This document shows positions 8,560 to 16,792 of a stretch of 55,350 nucleotides of DNA, piece by piece (the first letter of the stretch is position 1; each line of letters opens with the position of its first letter). The position numbers and the translations under genes are program-made. Origin of the DNA: Dehalococcoidia bacterium (lineage in GTDB: Bacteria > Chloroflexota > Dehalococcoidia > GIF9 > AB-539-J10); assembly GCA_030605765.1 (NCBI GenBank), contig JAUWHP010000045.1, positions 1-55,350 on the forward strand, read 5' to 3'. The notes beneath the pieces were generated by a model. The model made no database searches. It saw nothing but the letters and a program-made list of their open reading frames with translations, and was not told the DNA's origin.

Positions 8560-9513
8560 TTACAAGAAAGCAGTAAGTGAGACAAGATATTGAGGTTCAG
8601 GGAAAGTATGGCTTAAAGCCTGCAGCAGAGCTATGTCTTGCCCGCTCAATCCCAACAACCTCATTTGTACAGCGTAAACCAGGCTGCCGAGATTAAGTCC
8701 TAGCAGCGATTCTAACAATGACTTTTGGGGTCTGTAATACTCTATTTGAGGAGCCGTAACACCAGACAGCTCTGCCGCCAAATCTATAGCTGTATCCAGC
8801 CCGCCTAATTCGTCAACTAATCCCAATTCCCTGGCTTGGTCGCCAGTATAAAGCTGGCCGGTAGCTAAATTTCTGACCTCTTCTTTGCTCAACCCTCTAC
8901 TTTCAGCTACCATCCCCACGAATTGCTCATAATAGTCATCCACCATTTGTTGCATGATTTCTTCTTCCTCAGGCGTTAATTCCCTGAGCCCCGAGTACAT
9001 ATCTTTATATTTCCCGCCGGTGAAAATTTGCATTTCAATTCCCAGTTTGTCGTAAAGTCCTTTAACATTCGGTATCGTAGAGATAACACCGATGCTCCCG
9101 GTAGATGTGCCCGGAAGAGCCACGATCTTATCCGCTCTGGCTGAGATATAATAGCCACCAGAAGCAGCCATGCTCCCCATACTGACCACGACGGGTTTGG
9201 ATTGCTTAACCTTCTCTATTTCTGCCGAGATTTCCTGGCAAGGCGCCACTGCACCGCCAGAACTATCCACTCGCAGAACAATTGCCTTTACTGCAGCATC
9301 CATCTCTGCCTTATTCAGTTGCTCCCTCACCAAACTGGGAGTGATAGCCGAACCCCAAAACAAAGAGCTGCCTCCTGCTGTAATAGACCCAGTGAGAGAA
9401 ATCACCGCTATTTTATCTCCTGCCGGCATTACTGATATGCAGCCAGTAGGAATCAACATTGTAGCCAGCAATAACATGGCCAGGGCAATAGCTGTCACCT
9501 TTTTCTTCCTCAT
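8560..9513 (-). CDS. sppA: Signal peptide peptidase SppA (S49, 36K type), probable lipoprotein
   Basis: LRVDSSGG, SMGSMAASGGYY, TGSIGV; N-terminal hydrophobic stretch ending PTGC. Confidence 0.92.
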   Translation of the reverse strand: MRKKKVTAIALAMLLLATMLIPTGCISVMPAGDKIAVISLTGSITAGGSSLFWGSAITPSLVREQLNKAEMDAAVKAIVLRVDSSGGAVAPCQEISAEIEKVKQSKPVVVSMGSMAASGGYYISARADKIVALPGTSTGSIGVISTIPNVKGLYDKLGIEMQIFTGGKYKDMYSGLRELTPEEEEIMQQMVDDYYEQFVGMVAESRGLSKEEVRNLATGQLYTGDQARELGLVDELGGLDTAIDLAAELSGVTAPQIEYYRPQKSLLESLLGLNLGSLVYAVQMRLLGLSGQDIALLQALSHTFPEPQYLVSLTAFL

Positions 9514-10427
9514 CTTTTTCCTCCTATCAGTACCTTCCTCGCCTTATCCAACATTATGTCAACTGGGGCTTTCTTGCCCGTCCATAATTCAAAGGAGGCC
9601 GCTCCCTGATATACTAGCATGGCCAGGCCACCAAGTATATTTGCTCCCGCCTTCCCAGCCAACTCTAACAAGCGTGTGGGATAAGGATTATATACCAGGT
9701 CATAAACCAGGACACCCGGCGGAATCACCTCAATATCAAAAGGGGACTTGCTTTCTTGAGGGCTATGCTTCATTCCCACGCTGGTGCAATTAACTATTAA
9801 ATGGCAGTGAGTAAAAGTCTCACCTGAGCTTAGATTTTGACCGGGCAAAGTAATCACCTCTGTGCTCAATCCTTCCGAGCCTGCGGGTCGAAGCCCCGAA
9901 TAAAGTGAAGGGGAAGAATCTCCAATATAGCTTCTCAAGGTCTCTGCTAATGTTTCAGCTCGCACGGGCGTTCGATTGATGATAATGAGCGAGCTTACTT
10001 TCTCCCGCACCAGGGCGAAACATACCGCCCTCGCAGCCCCACCTGCACCAAGAACCACCACTCGTTTACCTTCAGGGTCAAAATGGCCTTCCTGCCGTAA
10101 GCCCTCAAGGAAACCATGAGCATCGGTATTGAAACCCAAAAGCCTATTATCCCTCTTAACTATGGTATTGACAGCACCAATCAAGCCCGCCAGGTCATCA
10201 ACCTCGTCCAATAAAGGTAAAACTGCTTCCTTATAAGGCACAGTTACATTGGCTCCCAGATTTCGAGGCTCCCTTAGTCCAGTTACCACAGCCTCAAGTT
10301 TCTCCGGGCTTGTTTCCCAGGCTTCATAGCGAATATCAAGGTGGTAGGAATCCAGAGCCGCTTGCTGAAAATATGGAGAGACGGAATGTTTGATGGGATA
10401 ACCAATGAGGCCAATGAATTTTGTCAC
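9510..10427 (-). CDS. aroE: Shikimate dehydrogenase
   Basis: HSVSP, NVTVPYK, GAVNT, NTD, GAGGAARA, DLVYNP, GLAMLVYQG. Confidence 0.95.
   Translation of the reverse strand: MTKFIGLIGYPIKHSVSPYFQQAALDSYHLDIRYEAWETSPEKLEAVVTGLREPRNLGANVTVPYKEAVLPLLDEVDDLAGLIGAVNTIVKRDNRLLGFNTDAHGFLEGLRQEGHFDPEGKRVVVLGAGGAARAVCFALVREKVSSLIIINRTPVRAETLAETLRSYIGDSSPSLYSGLRPAGSEGLSTEVITLPGQNLSSGETFTHCHLIVNCTSVGMKHSPQESKSPFDIEVIPPGVLVYDLVYNPYPTRLLELAGKAGANILGGLAMLVYQGAASFELWTGKKAPVDIMLDKARKVLIGGKR
9868..9922. repeat. Composite REP-like element, in frame in aroE
   Basis: CCGAGCCTGCGGGTCGAAG-CCCCGAATAAAGTGAAGGGG-AAGAATCTCC encodes GDSSPSLYSGLRPAGSEG; it ends in GAATCTC like the aspS copy. Confidence 0.6.
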
Positions 10428-10876
10428 TAAACAGTCCCTTCCTTTTGCTCAGAATGCCTGCTATCCAGAAACCCCTGCAGAATAAAAGAAGCAGCTATGG
10501 CATCTCGGCGCTGATTTCTCTTTTTCCTCTTCGTACCCACCTCAGCCATCAACTGCTCAGCAGCTACAGTGGAGAACCGTTCATCCCACAATTCTATATC
10601 AATTTGGCCAATATTGCTCTGCTGTACTCGTAACGATAGTTTGTCAGTGAAAGCTGTTGTCTTATTAGCTTGTTGTCCAAGGCCACCATTCAAGGAGCGA
10701 GGCAAACCAATCACGATTCGCTCTATCCTGTGCTGTTTAACAAGCTTGATAATATCGTCTATAGCTGCATCTTCGCTTTTGGCAATCACAGTTAAAGGAA
10801 CAGCCAGAAGTCCATGCGGGCCACTTATGGCTACCCCTGTCCTTCTATCTCCAACATCTAACCCTAAGCTACGCAT
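10427..10876 (-). CDS. ruvX: YqgF/RuvX family nuclease (pre-16S rRNA processing)
   Basis: MRSLGLDVGDRRTGVAIS, IGLP, WDERFST, DAIAASFILQ; start placed right after the alaS stop. Confidence 0.93.
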   Translation of the reverse strand: MRSLGLDVGDRRTGVAISGPHGLLAVPLTVIAKSEDAAIDDIIKLVKQHRIERIVIGLPRSLNGGLGQQANKTTAFTDKLSLRVQQSNIGQIDIELWDERFSTVAAEQLMAEVGTKRKKRNQRRDAIAASFILQGFLDSRHSEQKEGTV

Positions 10877-10877
10877 A

Positions 10878-13511
10878 TTAGACCTGACGAGCTCGCTTAG
10901 CTTGGCTGGCAACAACGCTTTTAACTAAACTCAAGGCTTCATCAAGCTTAGCTGCATCCTTGCCACCTGCTTCAGCCATAGTTGCTTTGCCTCCCCCTCC
11001 ACCACCAGCCACCTTAGCCACCTGCTTAACAATATCACCGGCATGAAGCCCCTTAGCCACGAGATCAGGAGTAACCATAGCCAGAAAGTTAGGCTTGCCC
11101 CTATAAACCGTAGCTAGAACTACCACGACACTCCTCAATTTGTCCCGCAATATATCACCCATTTCCCTGAGAACAGGCATAGTCAACAGCGGCACTTTAG
11201 CCGTTAAAACTGTTACCCCATTAACCTGCACTGTTTGCTTAAGCAAGGATTCCGCTATTTTGCGTGACAGCTCCCTTTCCAATAACAACAATCTCTTATG
11301 TTCTATTTCTCGCTCGCCAATAAGAGCACTTACTTTAGTGGAAACTTCCTCAATAGAACTCCCTACTTCCTTAGCCACATCTTGCAAAGCAGAAAGACGC
11401 TTTTCAAACAATAATTCAGCAGCTCTTCCGGTCACAGCTTCAATGCGACGCAGGCCAGTGCCAATGCTGCTTTCACCACATATAAGGAAAAGACCAATTT
11501 CACCTGTTGATTTAACGTGTGTGCCACCACAAAGCTCCTTGCTTATTGGCGGCTCGCCAAGTTCGACCAGGCGAACTTCCTCCCCATATTTCTCTTCAAA
11601 TAAAGCAATAGCACCTTCAGCGATAGCCTGCTTATAAGGAATGACTCTTGACTTTACCGGTAAGTTTTGACGTATTTTGTCATTAATCCATCTTTGAATC
11701 TCTCCAAGCTGTTCTTCAGTTATAGCTGCCAGCCAGGAGAAATCGAATCTGAGCCTATTTGACTCTACTAACGAACCTCTTTGAGAAACGCGGTCGCCCA
11801 ATATTTGTCTTAAAGCAGCTTGAAGAAGATGCGTAGCGGTATGATTGCGAGCGATATCCAGACGACGAGCTACATCAACGCTAGCCTCTACCTCGTCGCC
11901 CACAGAGATCTCGCCTCCAGAAATTTTCCCCCGGTGGACTATCATATCGCCAGCACTTCTAACAGTATCAGTTATGATAACTTTTCCTTTGTTGCTGCTT
12001 ATTTCACCGCTGTCCCCTACTTGCCCTCCCATCTCACCATAAAAAGGAGTCTTGTCAAGAATTATGTCAATCCCATCTCCTTGAGCAGCAGTTTTTTTAG
12101 GCTGCCCTTGAACCCTTAACTCAAGGATTTTAGATTGCGCGGTGTTTGTTTCATACCCAACAAACTCTGTGGGTGTAACGATTCTCGCCCTGGCGGTGGC
12201 TGTCTTAGTAAAAGTCTGAGCTGCCTTGGCTCTCTCTCTCTGCTTTCCCATCTCAAATTGGAAGCCTTCCCAATCTATAGATAGGCCTCGCTCCTTAGCA
12301 ATTTCAGCGGTTAGTTCTTTAGGAAAGCCATAAGTATCATAAAGTCTAAACACCTGCTCTCCCGGCAGCCATTCTCCTCCCCGACTTAGAGCTTCCCCTA
12401 CGAGCTCTTCCACCAAACCAAGCCCTGCATCCAGGGTAGCAATGAATCTCTCCTCTTCTGCTCTGGTAACTTCGCTAATTAAGCTTCGGTTAGTTATCAA
12501 TTCAGGATACACATGACTCATATTATCGATAACAACCTCTGCAACTTCGCCAAGAAAAAGCCTATCCAGGCTCAATCTTCTGCCAAAAAGAGAGGCGCGG
12601 CGCAATAGTCGCCGTAAGACATAGCCTCTTCCCTCATTAGAGGGTAAGACTCCATCAGCAATAAGGAATGTGATGCCCCGAGTATGCTCGGCAACGATTC
12701 TAATAGCCCTGTTATCACCCCCATCCTCACCATAACTCTTACCTGTTAACTGGCAAACCCGTTGCATCAACGGTGAAAAAATGTCTGTTTCATAAACTGA
12801 GGCCTTACCCTGCACTGCCGCTGCAATCCTTTCCAGCCCCATTCCAGTGTCAATATTCGGCTTGGGCAGAGAATTACGACTACCATCGGGGTTCTGGTTA
12901 TACTGGGTGAACACCAGATTCCATATCTCAAAGAAACGGTCACAATCGCAATTAGGTTTGCACTCAGGCCTACCACAGCCAATTCCCTCGCCCATGTCAT
13001 AGTGTATTTCGCTGCACGGCCCGCAGGGCCCAGAATCGCCAGCCGGACCCCAGAAATTGTCCTCATCGCCAAAGCGTAATATCCTATCAGCAGAAACTCC
13101 AACTTGGCGCCAACAAGCGAAGGCTTCATCATCATCGAGGTAAATAGTCACCCAGAGCCGCTCTTTGGGTAGTTTCAACTGCTCCGTGACAAATTGCCAT
13201 GACCAGAAAATAGTTTCTTTTTTGAAATAATCACCCACACTGAAGTTTCCCAGCATCTCAAAGAAAGTAAGATGCTTCCCATCGCCTACTGCATCTATAT
13301 CGGTAGCACGAAAACACTTTTGGCAGGAGGTCAACCGCGAGTTGGGAGGCTTCCCCAGTCCCAGGAAGTAGGGTTTGAACTGCACCATACCAGCGCTGGT
13401 CAGCAGTAGAGTAGGATCTCCATGGGGAACTAAAGATATACCAGGGACGACCTTATGCCCCCTGTTCTCGAAGAATTTCAGGAAAAGTTGTCTGATCTCG
13501 TCGCTAGTCAC
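10878..13511 (-). CDS. alaS: Alanine--tRNA ligase
   Basis: AGMVQFK, HLTFFEMLGNFS, IDTGMGLER, HTATHLL and ELCGGTH editing motifs, GGGGGG C-terminus. Confidence 0.98.
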   Translation of the reverse strand: MTSDEIRQLFLKFFENRGHKVVPGISLVPHGDPTLLLTSAGMVQFKPYFLGLGKPPNSRLTSCQKCFRATDIDAVGDGKHLTFFEMLGNFSVGDYFKKETIFWSWQFVTEQLKLPKERLWVTIYLDDDEAFACWRQVGVSADRILRFGDEDNFWGPAGDSGPCGPCSEIHYDMGEGIGCGRPECKPNCDCDRFFEIWNLVFTQYNQNPDGSRNSLPKPNIDTGMGLERIAAAVQGKASVYETDIFSPLMQRVCQLTGKSYGEDGGDNRAIRIVAEHTRGITFLIADGVLPSNEGRGYVLRRLLRRASLFGRRLSLDRLFLGEVAEVVIDNMSHVYPELITNRSLISEVTRAEEERFIATLDAGLGLVEELVGEALSRGGEWLPGEQVFRLYDTYGFPKELTAEIAKERGLSIDWEGFQFEMGKQRERAKAAQTFTKTATARARIVTPTEFVGYETNTAQSKILELRVQGQPKKTAAQGDGIDIILDKTPFYGEMGGQVGDSGEISSNKGKVIITDTVRSAGDMIVHRGKISGGEISVGDEVEASVDVARRLDIARNHTATHLLQAALRQILGDRVSQRGSLVESNRLRFDFSWLAAITEEQLGEIQRWINDKIRQNLPVKSRVIPYKQAIAEGAIALFEEKYGEEVRLVELGEPPISKELCGGTHVKSTGEIGLFLICGESSIGTGLRRIEAVTGRAAELLFEKRLSALQDVAKEVGSSIEEVSTKVSALIGEREIEHKRLLLLERELSRKIAESLLKQTVQVNGVTVLTAKVPLLTMPVLREMGDILRDKLRSVVVVLATVYRGKPNFLAMVTPDLVAKGLHAGDIVKQVAKVAGGGGGGKATMAEAGGKDAAKLDEALSLVKSVVASQAKRARQV

Positions 13512-13643
13512 TTGCAGTTACCGATTCGGACTTCAAAACATGCCAGTTTAGCCATCAATTGATGCTTTAGCTCAACTATGCTAGCATAAACGTTGCTCTC
13601 GGGCAAAGAGGCTTTGTGAATACGTAATTTCAAGAGGATAAAC

Positions 13644-14540
13644 ATGACTGACTGGTTCATGGTGCACGGCATCCGGATTCTAGCAATTATTTTAATCTCC
13701 ACCGTCATATGCCTTTTGTTGCGACACTTTGTGCGCCTGTTGATTAAGAAGTCTGTGTCTCGACAAATGAAGGGGCAGCCTGAGGGGGAAATAAAAAAGA
13801 GAACTGATACCTTATGCTCGATTTTTGTTAATACAGGCATAGCCATCGTTGCCACTCTCGCCATCTTCACCATACTTCCTGAATTTGGAGTTAATACTGC
13901 TGCTGCACTGGCTTCTCTGGGCATAATCGGGATTGCTGTGGGCTTTGGCGCTCAATACCTGATTCGTGACCTTATTGCCGGATTCTTCATCTTACTCGAA
14001 AATCAATTCAATGTGGGTGATGTTATACGGACGGGTACTATTGCTGGCGGGGTAGAGGAGATATCTATCAGGAGGACTATCCTGAGAGATCTTGATGGGG
14101 CGCGCCACATGATCCCCAATGGGGAGATCAGAACAGTGAGCAACCTCACCCAAGGGTGGTCGAGGGCCCATCTCAATATAAGCGTGGCCTACAAGGAAGA
14201 CCTTGATAGGGTTATGGGTTTAATGAGGAAGACATGGGAGGAAATGGCACAGGATCGGAACTGGTCTCCCTTTATGAAAGTGGCAACCCCCTGGCTTCTG
14301 AGAGTAGATGAATTCGGGAATTCAGGCATAATCATAAAGATGGTAGGGGAGACTGAGCCTATCAAACAATGGGATGTTATGGGGGAATTCAGAAGAAGGA
14401 TAAAGAAGGTCTTCGACCAGGAAGGTATTGAAATTCCCTGGCCCCACACCAAGGTCTACTTCGGCAATGCCCCTCCTGCTGCAGAGGGAACTCAGCCAAT
14501 GCCAGAGAAATCTACAAATACGAAGGCTGGGCCACCTTAA
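13644..14540 (+). CDS. mscS: Small-conductance mechanosensitive channel family protein
   Basis: Three TM helices, GIAVGFGAQ, ENQFNVGD, IPNG, GIEIPWP. Confidence 0.92.
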   Translation: MTDWFMVHGIRILAIILISTVICLLLRHFVRLLIKKSVSRQMKGQPEGEIKKRTDTLCSIFVNTGIAIVATLAIFTILPEFGVNTAAALASLGIIGIAVGFGAQYLIRDLIAGFFILLENQFNVGDVIRTGTIAGGVEEISIRRTILRDLDGARHMIPNGEIRTVSNLTQGWSRAHLNISVAYKEDLDRVMGLMRKTWEEMAQDRNWSPFMKVATPWLLRVDEFGNSGIIIKMVGETEPIKQWDVMGEFRRRIKKVFDQEGIEIPWPHTKVYFGNAPPAAEGTQPMPEKSTNTKAGPP

Positions 14541-14542
14541 GC

Positions 14543-15541
14543 TCAGGAAGTAGTGAGCTCAGCTACTAAAAATTCGAGAGCTAACTGGTCATCACATTTG
14601 CCAGTTTTAATAGCCAGATCAGTCTCCAGAAGCTTATCGTAAGCTCTTTTTATATGTTCCACGTCATACAGTTTAGCCTGGCTGAGTGTTCTATCCACAG
14701 CAAAAGGCTTTAATCCTAATTTGCTCTGGATTTGCTTCCGAGATAATCCTGAACTCAATTCTTTGGCTTGCGCTATTAAACGGAACTGCCTGGTAACCAT
14801 AGTTAGAATGTAGGTCGCCGGGTCACCTTCTTGATAGCACCGGTGGAGTATCCGTTGGGCTATCTCAGTCTGACCTTCGACAATTGCATCTGCCAGGGCA
14901 AAAATGTTAGCCTCTTGAGCATAGCTCGCCAATTGCCTCACATCATCTTCACTGATAGTACGCCCGTGAGCATAAAGGAGCAGCTTCAGTATTTCATTAT
15001 TCATCGCCCATAAATTTCCACCTATGAGCTCAGCAAGCAAATCCAGAGCCTCAGGAGTAATGCTACCACTCTCCTCTGTTACTCGTTGTCGCACCCAATC
15101 TGCTAATTTCTTACCTCGCAGCAACGGGAAAGTCTTTACCTGGGCTAATGGCAAAAGCCTTTTCAACAAGGGATTATACTCAGCTATTTTGCCATCAACT
15201 AATATAAGCACAGTGGTTGATGCCATTTGTTTGATGCAAGGAGCTAAATTTTCCCACTCTCCTAGCTCGTTTGCGGATTTGCTGATGGCACGTTTACCAG
15301 GCTGCTTCTTGCCTGGCTTCAGTTCAAACTTCCCCAGCAAACCATCAACTATAACTAACCGATACGAGGATAAGAAAGGAACAGCACCACAGTTTTCTCT
15401 AAGCTCACTCAAAGTTAGCTTTTGGCCATCCAGCCTGGCGGTACTAACTGCCAGCATTTGTGGATCACCTAAGCCAGCTTTAATCTTCTCAGCAGCCTGA
15501 TTAAGAGAGAAATCATCCTGTCCATAAAGAATATGAAACAT
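14543..15541 (-). CDS. holA: DNA polymerase III delta subunit
   Basis: ILYGQDDF start, VPFLS, EILKLLLY, IFALAD, DLAIKTG. Confidence 0.9.
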   Translation of the reverse strand: MFHILYGQDDFSLNQAAEKIKAGLGDPQMLAVSTARLDGQKLTLSELRENCGAVPFLSSYRLVIVDGLLGKFELKPGKKQPGKRAISKSANELGEWENLAPCIKQMASTTVLILVDGKIAEYNPLLKRLLPLAQVKTFPLLRGKKLADWVRQRVTEESGSITPEALDLLAELIGGNLWAMNNEILKLLLYAHGRTISEDDVRQLASYAQEANIFALADAIVEGQTEIAQRILHRCYQEGDPATYILTMVTRQFRLIAQAKELSSGLSRKQIQSKLGLKPFAVDRTLSQAKLYDVEHIKRAYDKLLETDLAIKTGKCDDQLALEFLVAELTTS

Positions 15542-15549
15542 CTTCCGTT

Positions 15550-15606
15550 ATTCTATCACAGCGTAAACCTTCTCTAATGGGAAGCTGAAAATAAACGTGG
15601 TAAAAT
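15550..15606. promoter_or_regulatory. Divergent extended -10 promoters for holA and ychF
   Basis: Minus strand TGaTAGAAT 8 nt before the holA ATG; plus strand TGgTAAAAT 6 nt before the ychF ATG; no clear SD. Confidence 0.5.
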
Positions 15607-15612
15607 ATAAAT

Positions 15613-16704
15613 ATGAAAGTCGCTATTATTGGGTTACCCAAGAGCGGCAAAACAACGATTTTTAATGCCTTAACCAGCGGCAAAGCCGCAACTGCCGCTT
15701 ACTCCCCTTCCCTCACTCCCAATATAGGTGTGGCTAAAATACCTGACTCACGATTACTGATACTGGAAAGCATATTCCATCCCAAGAAAACCATTCCCGC
15801 TGAAGTAAGCTATGTAGACATTGCGGGTTCGGCCAAAGCCTCCAGTGGCAAGGGAGAGATAAAAGGAGAACTTTTGGGCTACTTGACCACTGCTGATGCT
15901 TTACTTCAGGTAGTTAGAGTTTTTGAAGATGCAAAAATCCCCCATCCTGAGGGAAGCATTAATCCTGAGAGAGATATAGCAACTCTGGATTTGGAACTTG
16001 CCTTTTCCGATTTAGCCATCATTGAAAGGAAGTTGGATAAACTGAAAGAGGCATTAAAAGCGGCTAAAGTACCGGACCGTGGACCGCATTTAAAGGAGCA
16101 AACTCTGTTACAGAAAATCAAAGCAGCATTGGATAATGATATACCCGTGAGGCAGCAGAGCTTAACCGAGGATGAACTTAAACTGCTGTCCAATTATCAA
16201 TTTCTCACTGCTAAGCCCACTCTAATTATTCTTAACATCGGAGAGTCACAAATACCAGAAGTCCCTCAACCGGAAACCGAGATAAAGTCACTTTATCCCC
16301 AATTTGCAGTGGTAGCTTTATGCGGCAAGCTGGAAATGGAATTAGGTCAACTAAATGACATCGAGGCTAAAGAATTCCGCGACGCTATGGGCCTAGCTAC
16401 GCCGGCACTTGACAAAGTTATCAACCTTTCCTATAAGCTTCTGGGGCTAATTTCCTTCTTCACGACAGCTTCCGCCGAGTTAAAAGCCTGGACCATTCCC
16501 AGCGGCACCACAACACCAAAGGCAGCAGGGAAGGTTCACTCCGATATGGAAAGAGGCTTCATCAGAGCTGAAGTAATAAACTGTAGTGACCTGGAGAGAT
16601 GCGGCAATTTGGCTGAGGCACGAAAAAAGGGCTTACTCAGGACAGAAGGCAAGAATTGCATCGTCCGTGACGGAGATGTAATCACCTTTCTATTTAATGT
16701 TTGA
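15613..16704 (+). CDS. ychF: Ribosome-binding ATPase YchF
   Basis: GLPKSGKTT, DIAG, AAGKVHSD, GFIRAEV, C-terminal DGDVITFLFNV. Confidence 0.95.
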   Translation: MKVAIIGLPKSGKTTIFNALTSGKAATAAYSPSLTPNIGVAKIPDSRLLILESIFHPKKTIPAEVSYVDIAGSAKASSGKGEIKGELLGYLTTADALLQVVRVFEDAKIPHPEGSINPERDIATLDLELAFSDLAIIERKLDKLKEALKAAKVPDRGPHLKEQTLLQKIKAALDNDIPVRQQSLTEDELKLLSNYQFLTAKPTLIILNIGESQIPEVPQPETEIKSLYPQFAVVALCGKLEMELGQLNDIEAKEFRDAMGLATPALDKVINLSYKLLGLISFFTTASAELKAWTIPSGTTTPKAAGKVHSDMERGFIRAEVINCSDLERCGNLAEARKKGLLRTEGKNCIVRDGDVITFLFNV

Positions 16705-16792
16705 GGCAATCTAAAAAGCTTGCACATTACCCGGATTCAATAAATCACCTCACTTCTGCCTCGGCGCAACTCAAGTATGCAAGTCCGTCCTG

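Noticed and set aside
12180-12220. AlaS segment TFTKTATARARI as another repeat insert
   Set aside because: It lies in a naturally variable linker and shows no palindrome or match to the other repeats.
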